64,000 bases of DNA, taken from an uncultured Clostridia bacterium (GTDB lineage Bacteria; Bacillota; Clostridia; TANB77; CAG-508). Shown piece after piece: positions 10,192 through 19,566 of the stretch. Position 1 is the first letter of the stretch; every line of letters begins with the position of its first letter. The stretch covers positions 1,300,692-1,364,691 of the forward strand of contig OZ006978.1 of NCBI GenBank assembly GCA_963931155.1. Reading direction: 5' to 3'. The translations under genes and the position numbers were made by a program. The notes under the pieces are model-generated. The model was given only the letters and a program-made list of their open reading frames with translations. It ran no database searches and was not told the DNA's origin.

Positions 10192-11379
10192 ATGACATAT
10201 AATCCAATAAGTGTAACAGAACTAAATAAATACATAAAAAACAAAATTGATTCAGATGAAGTATTAAATAATGTTTTAGTAAAGGGAGAAATTTCAAATT
10301 ACAAGCATCATTATACAGGGCATTTATATTTTACTTTGAAAGATGAAAATTCTTTAATAAAGTGCATAATGTTTAAAAGCTCAGCTGTTAGATTGAAATT
10401 TGAACCACGTGATGGAATGAAAGTTATGGCATTTGGTACAGTATCTGTATTTGAAAGAGACGGTGTATATCAAATATATGTCAAAGCAATGCAAGAAGAT
10501 GGTATGGGAAGCTTATATAAAGCATATGAAGAATTGAAAGCTAAACTTGAAAAAGAAGGGCTTTTTGATGTAAATCACAAAAAGCAAATCCCAACATTTC
10601 CAAAATGTATAGGTGTTCTCACATCAAATACTGGGGCAGTTATAAAAGATATAATTAATGTGTCTACAAGAAGAAATCCAAATGTATACATTAAATTACT
10701 TCCAGTTCCAGTACAAGGTGAAGGAGCGGCTGAAAAAATAGCAGATGCAATAAAATTAATGAATGACAAACAATTAGCTGATGTAATAATAATAGCCAGA
10801 GGTGGAGGTTCATTAGAAGATTTATGGCCATTTAATGAAGAAATTGTCGCAAGAGCAATATATGATTCGAAATTACCTGTAATATCAGCTGTGGGGCATG
10901 AAACTGATTTTACGATTGCAGATTTTGTTGCAGATTTAAGAGCACCAACACCTTCTTCAGCAGCAGAGTTAGCAGTACCAAACATATCAGATTTAGTTTT
11001 AAAATTAGACTCATATAGTAATAGATTTAAATTGGCACTAAAGAAAAAAGTAGAGCTAATGCGACTAAGATATGAAAAGTGTATGAATAGTAGAGTGTTT
11101 AAAGAGCCAACACAAAAAATAAATGAAAAATATATGATTATAGATTTAAAAATAAAATCTATTCAAAATAGTATGATGAGCATATATAAAGATAAAAAGA
11201 CAAATATGATAAAACAAATATCTAAACTAGATGCTTTAAGTCCATTAAAAACTTTAACAAGAGGTTATTCAATAATTCAAAAAAATGGAAAAGTTATAAA
11301 ATCAGTTAGTGATGTAAAAAAAGATGATGAAGTAGATTTAAGGCTAACAGATGGAATAGCAAAGGCAAAAATTTTATAA
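10192..11379 (+). CDS. xseA: Exodeoxyribonuclease VII large subunit
   Basis: GEISN, GHLYFTLKD, RGGGSLEDLWPFN, AVGHETD, APTPSSAAE. Confidence 0.97.
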   Translation: MTYNPISVTELNKYIKNKIDSDEVLNNVLVKGEISNYKHHYTGHLYFTLKDENSLIKCIMFKSSAVRLKFEPRDGMKVMAFGTVSVFERDGVYQIYVKAMQEDGMGSLYKAYEELKAKLEKEGLFDVNHKKQIPTFPKCIGVLTSNTGAVIKDIINVSTRRNPNVYIKLLPVPVQGEGAAEKIADAIKLMNDKQLADVIIIARGGGSLEDLWPFNEEIVARAIYDSKLPVISAVGHETDFTIADFVADLRAPTPSSAAELAVPNISDLVLKLDSYSNRFKLALKKKVELMRLRYEKCMNSRVFKEPTQKINEKYMIIDLKIKSIQNSMMSIYKDKKTNMIKQISKLDALSPLKTLTRGYSIIQKNGKVIKSVSDVKKDDEVDLRLTDGIAKAKIL

Positions 11380-11391
11380 GGAGGAATACAT

Positions 11392-11895
11392 ATGAGTAAA
11401 GGTACAAAAAAAGTTGTAGGAGTAGTTATAATAATTGTTTTAATATTATTAGTATCGTGGCTTGTATATAGAGGAACAAAATCAGAACAAGCTAACATAA
11501 ACGAGATAAATACAATGCAAAGTGAAGATATGAAAATATCAAATGAAGTAAATGAAATAATTGAAGAAAACAATGTAGTAGAGGAAGAAGTGGCTATACC
11601 TGAAGAAGATAATAATGAAGAAGAAGCTGTGAAAACAACAGAAGAAGAGGAAAAACCAAAACAAAGCTCTACATCTAATTCTGAAGTTGTGGCCGGAACT
11701 AATGCTGATAGAGAAAAAAGAGCAGTAGAACTAGCTAAAAAATATTATGAAAATGAATATGGTAGTACAGAAGGTTTGAATTTTGAAGTTGATGATATAG
11801 ATGGAGCAGGAAGATATATAGTAAAATATGGAACTCCTGATAGATCTATGTATTTATACGTTAACTTAAGTACAGAAACAGTTTCAGAAAAATAA
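11392..11895 (+). CDS. Hypothetical membrane-anchored acidic protein
   Basis: AAGGAGG RBS, N-terminal TM, Glu-rich linker, small C-terminal domain. Confidence 0.7.
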   Translation: MSKGTKKVVGVVIIIVLILLVSWLVYRGTKSEQANINEINTMQSEDMKISNEVNEIIEENNVVEEEVAIPEEDNNEEEAVKTTEEEEKPKQSSTSNSEVVAGTNADREKRAVELAKKYYENEYGSTEGLNFEVDDIDGAGRYIVKYGTPDRSMYLYVNLSTETVSEK

Positions 11896-11907
11896 AGGAG
11901 AATTATA

Positions 11908-12141
11908 ATGGAAGAGAATACAAGCTTTGAAGATAAAATGAAAAAATTAGAAGAAATTGCATTAGAACTTGAAAAAGGAGAATTAAACTTAGATGATTCA
12001 GTATCTAAATTTGAAGAGGGAATGAAGTTATCTAAAGAATGTAACAAAATGCTTGAAGAAGCAGAAAAGAAAATTACAATGCTTATAAAAGATGAAGACG
12101 GTAATTTATCAGAAGAGAAATTTGTACAAAACGAGGAATAG
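11908..12141 (+). CDS. xseB: Exodeoxyribonuclease VII small subunit
   Basis: SFEDKMKKLEEI, LDDSVSKFEEGMKL. Confidence 0.95.
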   Translation: MEENTSFEDKMKKLEEIALELEKGELNLDDSVSKFEEGMKLSKECNKMLEEAEKKITMLIKDEDGNLSEEKFVQNEE

Positions 12142-12146
12142 GAAAG

Positions 12147-12584
12147 ATGATGGGGTTTATTTACGAATACAGATATTTAATAATACCATTTGCAACATGG
12201 TTTTTTATACAACTTTTTAAGTTAATATATGATTTAGTAACTACAAAAAAATTTAATTTTAAAAGAATATTAGGTGCAGGAGGAATGCCAAGTTCTCACT
12301 CTGCAGTTGTTATTGCATTAGCTACAATGATAGGCAAAAATTATGGGGTAAATTCTGCAATATTTGGATTGTCCGTAGTATTTGCATTTGTAGTAATGTA
12401 TGATGCGGCAGGAGTAAGAAGAGCAGCAGGAAAGCAAGCAAAACTTCTTAACAAAATAGTTCAAACACCAGGACTTACAAATGTAGAAGTTACAGAAAAA
12501 CTACAGGAAGTTCTAGGACATACACCAGTACAAGTTTTTGTTGGTGCTTTAATTGGGGTAATAGTAGGTCTAATATTTGGTTAG
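12147..12584 (+). CDS. Divergent PAP2 family protein (DUF212)
   Basis: GGMPSSHSA, VMYDAAGVRRAAGKQA, LGHTP. Confidence 0.93.
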   Translation: MMGFIYEYRYLIIPFATWFFIQLFKLIYDLVTTKKFNFKRILGAGGMPSSHSAVVIALATMIGKNYGVNSAIFGLSVVFAFVVMYDAAGVRRAAGKQAKLLNKIVQTPGLTNVEVTEKLQEVLGHTPVQVFVGALIGVIVGLIFG

Positions 12585-12598
12585 AAAGAAGGTAAGTT

Positions 12599-14260
12599 AT
12601 GGGAGATGTAGAGATTGCAAGAAACACAAGACTAGAAAAAATACAAAAAATTGCAGAAAGTATAGGAATTCCAGATGAAAGTTTAGAGCTATATGGAAAA
12701 TATAAAGCTAAAATAAATTTAAATATAATGAAAAATTTAAAAGCTAAAAAAGATGGAAAACTAGTTTTAGTAACTGCAATAAATCCAACACCATTAGGAG
12801 AAGGTAAAACAACAATGGCAATAGGACTTGCAGATGGGCTTAAAAAAATTGGAGAAAAGCCAATTTTAGCTTTAAGAGAACCATCTTTAGGACCAGTATT
12901 TGGAATAAAAGGTGGAGCAACAGGTGGAGGACATTCACAAATAGCCCCAATGGAGGATATTAATTTACATTTTACAGGAGACATTCATGCAATTACATCT
13001 GCTAACAATCTTCTATCTGCCATGATAGATAACCACATTTATTTTGGAAACAGCCTTGGATTTGATAAAGTAACATGGAAAAGGTGTGTTGATTTAAATG
13101 ATAGACAACTAAGAAAAGTAGAAACAGGACTATCTGGTGAAAAGAAAGTTGTGCCAAGAGAAGATGGTTTTGATATATCTGTTGCATCAGAAATAATGGC
13201 AATATTTTGCTTAGCTACTGATATAAACGACTTAAAAAGGAGAATTGGAAATATAATTGTTGGATATACTAAGGATGAAAAGCCGATAACAGCACGAGAT
13301 TTAAAGGCTGATGGAGCATTAACTGTTCTATTAAAAGATGCATTAAATCCAAACTTAGTTCAAACTTTAGAAAAAGTGCCAGCTATTGTACATGGTGGTC
13401 CATTTGCTAATATAGCTCATGGATGTAATAGTATTATTGCAACTCGTCTTGCACTAAAGTTAGGAGATTACGTAATAACAGAAGCAGGATTTGGAGCTGA
13501 TTTAGGTGCAGAAAAATTCTTGGATATAAAATGCAGAAAGGCAGAAATCAAACCAGATGCAGTAGTTTGCGTGGCTACAATTAAAGCATTAAAATATCAT
13601 GGTGGAATGACAAAAGATGAAATTCAAAACGAAAGTATTGAAGCGTTAGAAAGAGGATTTAACAATCTTTTAAGACATGTAGATAACTTAAAAAACAAAT
13701 ATGGTTTAAATGTAATTGTAGCAATAAATAAATATACGCAAGACACAGAAAATGAAATTGAATTTTTGCGTAACAAATTAAAAGAGCAAGGAATAGAATT
13801 AAGTTTAGTAGAAAGTTGGGAAAAAGGTGGAGAAGGTGCTACAGATTTAGCTGAAAAAATTGTTGAATTAACAAAAAAAGATTCTAAATTACATTACATG
13901 TATGATTTAAAAGAAAGCTTAAAAGAGAAATTACAGGATGTGGCAACAAAAGTATATGGAGCAGAGGGAGTAGAATATACCAAAGAAGCAGAAGAACAAA
14001 TAAAAAGAATAGAAGAATTAGGATATGGAAACTTACCTGTATGTATTGCTAAAACACAATATTCTTTTTCTGATGACCAAAAGAATTTGGAGTGCTTAGA
14101 ACCATTTAAAATACATGTAAATGAAGTTATATTAAAATCTGGAGCTGAATTTGTTGTAGCTATAACAGGAAAAATAATGACAATGCCAGGACTTCCAAAG
14201 GTTCCGGCAGCAGAAAATATAGATTTAGATGAAGACGGAAATATAATTGGAATATTTTAA
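12599..14260 (+). CDS. fhs: Formate--tetrahydrofolate ligase
   Basis: TPLGEGKTT, LREPSLGP, HGGPFANIAHGCNS, TMPGLPK. Confidence 0.97.
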   Translation: MGDVEIARNTRLEKIQKIAESIGIPDESLELYGKYKAKINLNIMKNLKAKKDGKLVLVTAINPTPLGEGKTTMAIGLADGLKKIGEKPILALREPSLGPVFGIKGGATGGGHSQIAPMEDINLHFTGDIHAITSANNLLSAMIDNHIYFGNSLGFDKVTWKRCVDLNDRQLRKVETGLSGEKKVVPREDGFDISVASEIMAIFCLATDINDLKRRIGNIIVGYTKDEKPITARDLKADGALTVLLKDALNPNLVQTLEKVPAIVHGGPFANIAHGCNSIIATRLALKLGDYVITEAGFGADLGAEKFLDIKCRKAEIKPDAVVCVATIKALKYHGGMTKDEIQNESIEALERGFNNLLRHVDNLKNKYGLNVIVAINKYTQDTENEIEFLRNKLKEQGIELSLVESWEKGGEGATDLAEKIVELTKKDSKLHYMYDLKESLKEKLQDVATKVYGAEGVEYTKEAEEQIKRIEELGYGNLPVCIAKTQYSFSDDQKNLECLEPFKIHVNEVILKSGAEFVVAITGKIMTMPGLPKVPAAENIDLDEDGNIIGIF

Positions 14261-14338
14261 TAAAATGTATAATAACACCAATTTCGGATAAAATAAGATA
14301 AAATTGTTTATTTTGTTTATAGAAAGTGGTGTTTTATA

Positions 14339-15058
14339 TTGGCTTTAAAAGTAAAAAAGAATATAAAAGCAATTATAATAATCTTTTTAGTTAGCTCAAT
14401 ATTTATTTCATACAATGTGTTCTTTAGAAATAACGAGATATATGCATTATCTAAATATGGCTCAAGAGGAGAAGAGGTAAGAACAATACAAACAAAATTA
14501 AAAAGATGGGGATATTATAACGGAAATGTGGATGGAATATATGGAAGTCAAACATTAGAAGCAGTAAAAAGATTTCAAAAAAAGAATGGATTAGTAGTAG
14601 ATGGAATAGCAGGAACTAAAACATTACAAGCAATGGGAATATTTAACTCATCAGGGAACAGTGGAAATTCAGGAAGTTCATCGAATAATTCAAGTTCATC
14701 AACAAATTCAAATGATTTAAACTTATTAAGTAGACTGGTGTATGGAGAAGCAAGAGGAGAACCCTATACAGGGCAAGTGGCAGTAGCAGCAGTGGTTTTA
14801 AATAGGGTAAGAAATAGCTCATTTCCCAATACTGTATCAGGAGTAATTTATCAAAAAGGAGCATTTGATGTAGTAAGTGATGGACAAATAAATTTAACCC
14901 CAAATGATACTGCAAAAAAAGCAGCACAAGATGCATTAAATGGGTGGGATCCATCTAATGGAGCAATATACTATTTTAATCCAGCAACAGCTACTAATAA
15001 ATGGATTTGGTCTAGACCAATGACAGTCACAATAGGAAAACACAGATTTTGCAAATAA
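14339..15058 (+). CDS. sleB: Spore cortex-lytic enzyme
   Basis: PG-binding domain, GEARGEPYTGQVAVAAVVLNRV, GAIYYFNP; TTG start. Confidence 0.92.
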   Translation: MALKVKKNIKAIIIIFLVSSIFISYNVFFRNNEIYALSKYGSRGEEVRTIQTKLKRWGYYNGNVDGIYGSQTLEAVKRFQKKNGLVVDGIAGTKTLQAMGIFNSSGNSGNSGSSSNNSSSSTNSNDLNLLSRLVYGEARGEPYTGQVAVAAVVLNRVRNSSFPNTVSGVIYQKGAFDVVSDGQINLTPNDTAKKAAQDALNGWDPSNGAIYYFNPATATNKWIWSRPMTVTIGKHRFCK

Positions 15059-15060
15059 AA

Positions 15061-15290
15061 TGTCAGTTTAGGGGACAGGCTCTTTAGTGCCATTTATGTC
15101 ACTTTTAGGGACAGACTATACCTTAAATTTATCTATATCACTTTTAGGTAACAGGCTACTAAAAGAAAATCTATTATAACTGAGTAGAGCCTGTCCCCAT
15201 TGATGACAAGTCTGGCACAAAAGAGCCTGTCCCCATTGATGACAAGTCTGGCAGAAAAGAGCCTGTCCCTTTTGGTGACAAGTTTGGCAA
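15061..15290. repeat. Cluster of 36-nt GGGACAGG REP-like units in opposing orientations
   Basis: Two or three degenerate forward units at 15061-15155, then three tandem inverted units agagcctgtccccattgatgacaagtctggcacaaa from 15186. Confidence 0.8.
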
Positions 15291-15362
15291 AAGCACTTGA
15301 AAAAAGTGCTTTTTTCATGTAAAATATAGTAGTTAAATGGGAGCAGAGAGGATAGAATTTTA

Positions 15363-16772
15363 ATGAAAAAATCGGATATAGAAAATGAATTAACATATAT
15401 AGATAAAGTTAAAACAATAAATGATGGGAAGAATTTGAAATATTACATATTAACCATGGGGTGCCAGCTAAATGAGAATGATTCTGAAAAGATTTGTGGT
15501 ATGGCTGAGAAAATGGGTTATACTGAGACTGATGATATAATGGATGCAGATTTGGTTATATATAATACTTGTTGTGTAAGAGAAAATGCTGAAGAAAAGC
15601 TTTTTGGTAAGTTAGGTGAGGTTAAAAAGCAAAAGGAAGCAAAGGGGACAATAATTGCTATTGGTGGTTGCATGATGCAAGAAAAGCATATTGTTGATAA
15701 AATAAAGAAAAGTTATAAATATGATGTTATTTTTGGTACTCATACTTTGTATAAATTTCCAAAGGATTTATATGATGCTATAATTGATAATAGAAAAATA
15801 ACAGATATATTGGATATTGATGGAGAGATTATAGAAGGGCTTCCTATTAAAAGAGATGATAATATAAGAGCATCTGTTACTATAATGAATGGATGCAACA
15901 ATTTTTGTACATATTGTATTGTTCCATATGTGCGTGGTAGAGAAAGAAGTAGAAGTCCAGAAGATATTTTGCAAGAGATAAGCAATTTAGCAAAGGAAGG
16001 CTACAAAGAAATTACGTTGCTTGGACAAAATGTTAACTCATACATGAGAGTTGAAAGGGAGAAAGGCGAAGTTACATCAGAGATAAATTCATTTGCTAAA
16101 TTATTAAGAGCTGTTAATGAAATTGATGGAATAGAAAAAATTAGATTTATTTCACCACATCCTAAGGATTTTACAGATGACGTTATAGAGGCTATAAGAG
16201 ATTGTAAAAATGTTTCTAAGTTTATTCATTTGCCACTTCAATCTGGTAGTACAAATGTGCTTAAAGTGATGAATAGAGTTTATACAAAAGAGCAATATTT
16301 AAATTTAGTTGATAAGATGAAAAAAATGATTCCTAATGTAAAGTTCTCTACAGATATAATCGTAGGCTTTCCAGGAGAAACAGAAGAGGATTTTGAAGAT
16401 ACTTTAGATGTGGTAAGAAAGGTTAAATTCGAGCAAATTTTTATGTTTATATATTCTAGAAGAAAAGGAACACCAGCTGATGAAATGGAAAATCAAATTC
16501 CAGAAGATATTAAACATAAAAGATTTGATAGATTAAAAGAGTTATATGAAAGATTAGTAGAAGAAAACAATAAAGAGTATATAGGCAAAAACTTTGAATT
16601 GCTTGTAGAAGGATATAGCAAAACAAATAATAAATTTTTAACAGGAAGAACAGATACTAATAAAGTAGTTATATTTGAAGCAGCTGAGGATGCAATTGGA
16701 AAAGTTGTAAATGTAAAAATAATATCTGAACATAAATGGTATTTAAAAGGAGAGATATTAGAGCTAAATTAG
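15363..16772 (+). CDS. miaB: tRNA ms2i6A37 methylthiotransferase
   Basis: TMGCQLNENDS, NTCCVRENAE, GCNNFCTYCIVPYVRG radical SAM motif, TRAM domain. Confidence 0.95.
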   Translation: MKKSDIENELTYIDKVKTINDGKNLKYYILTMGCQLNENDSEKICGMAEKMGYTETDDIMDADLVIYNTCCVRENAEEKLFGKLGEVKKQKEAKGTIIAIGGCMMQEKHIVDKIKKSYKYDVIFGTHTLYKFPKDLYDAIIDNRKITDILDIDGEIIEGLPIKRDDNIRASVTIMNGCNNFCTYCIVPYVRGRERSRSPEDILQEISNLAKEGYKEITLLGQNVNSYMRVEREKGEVTSEINSFAKLLRAVNEIDGIEKIRFISPHPKDFTDDVIEAIRDCKNVSKFIHLPLQSGSTNVLKVMNRVYTKEQYLNLVDKMKKMIPNVKFSTDIIVGFPGETEEDFEDTLDVVRKVKFEQIFMFIYSRRKGTPADEMENQIPEDIKHKRFDRLKELYERLVEENNKEYIGKNFELLVEGYSKTNNKFLTGRTDTNKVVIFEAAEDAIGKVVNVKIISEHKWYLKGEILELN

Positions 16773-16792
16773 CTCGAATGGAGGTTAAAATA

Positions 16793-19411
16793 ATGGCAGG
16801 ATATTCACCAATGATGCAACATTATTTGGATACTAAAAATCAATACAAAGATTGTATACTATTTTATAGATTAGGCGATTTTTATGAAATGTTTTTTGAT
16901 GATGCAATTAATGTTTCTAGAGAATTAGAGCTAACACTTACAGGAAAAGAGTGTGGAATGGAAGAAAGAGCACCTATGTGTGGTGTTCCATATCATGCGG
17001 CAGAAAATTATATTTCAAAACTTATAGCTAAAGGATATAAAGTTGCTATTTGTGAGCAAATGGAAGATCCCAAAAAAGCCAAAGGAATGGTTAAAAGAGA
17101 TGTTATAAGAGTTATAACACCAGGAACTGTTATAGAGGCTAATTTACTAGACGATAGGAAAAATAATTATATAATGTGTGTTTATAAAAATGGGATATAT
17201 TTTGGGATAACTGTATGTGATGTGACAACAGGTGATTTTAGAACAACTGAAATAAGAGAAACAAATAACTTTACATCTCTTATGGACGAAATTTCAAAAT
17301 ATTCTCCAGCAGAACTTGTTGTGAATCAAATGATGTTCGATTCTAAAGAAGAAATTGACAAGATAAAAGAAAGATTTGAGGTATATGTAACAAGACTTGA
17401 TGAAGACAAATTTGTAAATAATAAAGAAAAACTAATAGAAAAATATAAAATTATAGATGATGAAAATAATGAAATTGAAAATATAGAAGCATATAATTTA
17501 TCAATACCTGCTACAAATGCTCTACTAGCGTATTTATTAGACACTCAAAAAAATAGTTTAGACCATATAAATAAATTGGTAATATATAATACAACTAAAT
17601 ATATGGCATTAGACATAAATGCCAGAAGAAATTTAGAAATAACAGAGAAACTTAGAGATAAAACTAAAAAAGGAACTCTTTTATGGGTGCTAGATAAATC
17701 CTCAACATCTATGGGAGGAAGACTTATTAGAAGATGGCTTAATAATCCTTTAATAAGCACAAAAAAAATAAACCAAAGGTTAGATGCAGTAGCTGAATTA
17801 AAGGATAATATTATATTAAGAGGAGATATAATAGATAGCTTAAAAAAAGTATATGATATAGAAAGATTAGCAGGAAAGATATCATATGGAAGTGCTAATG
17901 GTAGAGATTTAATTTCTCTTAAAACATCAGCAGGTCAACTTCCAGGAGTAAAGAAAGTGCTTGCTAATTGTAAGTCTGAGCTTTTGGTAAATTTGTATAA
18001 TAATTTAGATACATTAGAAGATATATATGAACTAATAGATAAAACAATAGTTGAAGAACCACCAATTAGTGTAAAAGAAGGTGGATTAATAAAACTTGGA
18101 TTTAATGAAGAAGTTGATAAATTAAAAACAGCAACAACAGATGGCAAAAAATGGATTGTGCAATTAGAAGCGGAAGAAAGAGAAAAAACAGGCATAAAAG
18201 CTCTAAAAGTTGGATTTAACAAAGTATTTGGATATTATATAGAAGTTTCAAAATCAAATATTTCATTAGTGCCAACAGATAGATATATTAGAAAGCAAAC
18301 TCTAACAAATGGTGAAAGATATATTACAGAAGAATTAAAAAACTTAGAAAACCAAATACTTGGAGCAGAAGAAAAGGTTGTTAATTTAGAGTATGATATA
18401 TTTGTAAAAGTAAGAGATAAAATAGAAGCACAAATAGAAAGAATACAAAAAACAGCAGAAACTATAGCAACACTAGATGCACTTTCAGCATTTGCAACAG
18501 TTGCAGAAGACCAAAATTATGTAAGACCAAATGTTGATAATAGTGGGATAATAGATATAAAAGATGGACGTCACCCAGTAATAGAAAAAATATTACCAAG
18601 TGGAAGTTTTGTTCAAAATGATACATATTTAGATAAAAATGATAATAGATTAGCAATAATTACAGGACCTAATATGGCAGGAAAATCTACATATATGAGA
18701 CAAGTGGCATTAATAGTACTAATGGCTCAAGTTGGAAGCTTTGTACCTGCATCTAGTGCTAGTATTGGAGTAGTTGATAAAATATTTACAAGAGTAGGGG
18801 CGTCTGATGACTTAAGCATGGGACAAAGTACATTTATGGTAGAAATGATGGAAGTGGCTCAAATATTAAAAGAAGCAACAGCAAATAGTTTAGTAATACT
18901 GGATGAAATAGGAAGAGGTACATCTACATATGATGGATTATCAATAGCATGGGCTGTTGCAGAATATATTTCAGACAAAGAAAAATGTGGAGCAAAAACA
19001 TTATTTGCAACACATTATCATGAATTAACAGATTTGGAAAACAAGTTAGAAGGTGTAAAAAACTACTCTATTGCTGTAAAAGAAAAGGGAGAAGATATAA
19101 TTTTCTTAAGAAAAATAGTAAACGGAGGAACAGATGAAAGTTATGGAGTGCATGTAGCAAAACTTGCCGGAGTTCCTAGATTAGTTACAAAAAGAGCAAA
19201 TGAAATATTAAAATCAATAGAAAGAAAAAATGTACTTAATAATAAGAAAATAGAAAAAGAAAATAAAAATGTTACAGAAGGTCAACTTACAATGTATAAT
19301 TATAAATTGGCAGAACTTGCCCAAGAACTTGATAAAGTTGATGTTAACGAATTAACACCAATTGAAGCATTAAACACTTTAGTGAAAATAAAAGAGAAGA
19401 TGTCGTCTTAA
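16793..19411 (+). CDS. mutS: DNA mismatch repair protein MutS
   Basis: PMMQHY, FYRLGDFYEMF, TGPNMAGKSTYMRQ, DEIGRGTSTYDG; start at ATG after GGAGG. Confidence 0.98.
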   Translation: MAGYSPMMQHYLDTKNQYKDCILFYRLGDFYEMFFDDAINVSRELELTLTGKECGMEERAPMCGVPYHAAENYISKLIAKGYKVAICEQMEDPKKAKGMVKRDVIRVITPGTVIEANLLDDRKNNYIMCVYKNGIYFGITVCDVTTGDFRTTEIRETNNFTSLMDEISKYSPAELVVNQMMFDSKEEIDKIKERFEVYVTRLDEDKFVNNKEKLIEKYKIIDDENNEIENIEAYNLSIPATNALLAYLLDTQKNSLDHINKLVIYNTTKYMALDINARRNLEITEKLRDKTKKGTLLWVLDKSSTSMGGRLIRRWLNNPLISTKKINQRLDAVAELKDNIILRGDIIDSLKKVYDIERLAGKISYGSANGRDLISLKTSAGQLPGVKKVLANCKSELLVNLYNNLDTLEDIYELIDKTIVEEPPISVKEGGLIKLGFNEEVDKLKTATTDGKKWIVQLEAEEREKTGIKALKVGFNKVFGYYIEVSKSNISLVPTDRYIRKQTLTNGERYITEELKNLENQILGAEEKVVNLEYDIFVKVRDKIEAQIERIQKTAETIATLDALSAFATVAEDQNYVRPNVDNSGIIDIKDGRHPVIEKILPSGSFVQNDTYLDKNDNRLAIITGPNMAGKSTYMRQVALIVLMAQVGSFVPASSASIGVVDKIFTRVGASDDLSMGQSTFMVEMMEVAQILKEATANSLVILDEIGRGTSTYDGLSIAWAVAEYISDKEKCGAKTLFATHYHELTDLENKLEGVKNYSIAVKEKGEDIIFLRKIVNGGTDESYGVHVAKLAGVPRLVTKRANEILKSIERKNVLNNKKIEKENKNVTEGQLTMYNYKLAELAQELDKVDVNELTPIEALNTLVKIKEKMSS

Positions 19412-19500
19412 GAACAAAGCGACCTTGGTCGCCCTTTGTTCTTGCCAATTTGAGTATCCAACAGCAATGAGGAAATCTCAAAAGCAATGGTGATTATAAC
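19410..19500 (-). repeat. Degenerate inverted copy of structured repeat Q
   Basis: Reverse complement matches 28551-28639 (gaacaaagggcgac...gtcgctttgttc, ttgagatttcc...ctcaaa). Confidence 0.75.
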
Positions 19501-19566
19501 AAATAGTATACTATACTGACACATAAGAATAATAGAGAAGAACTTACTATAATAGGAGGAATTAAT

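Noticed and set aside
15186-15290. CRISPR array (36-nt repeats)
   Set aside because: Units are directly adjacent with no unique spacers and no cas genes are present
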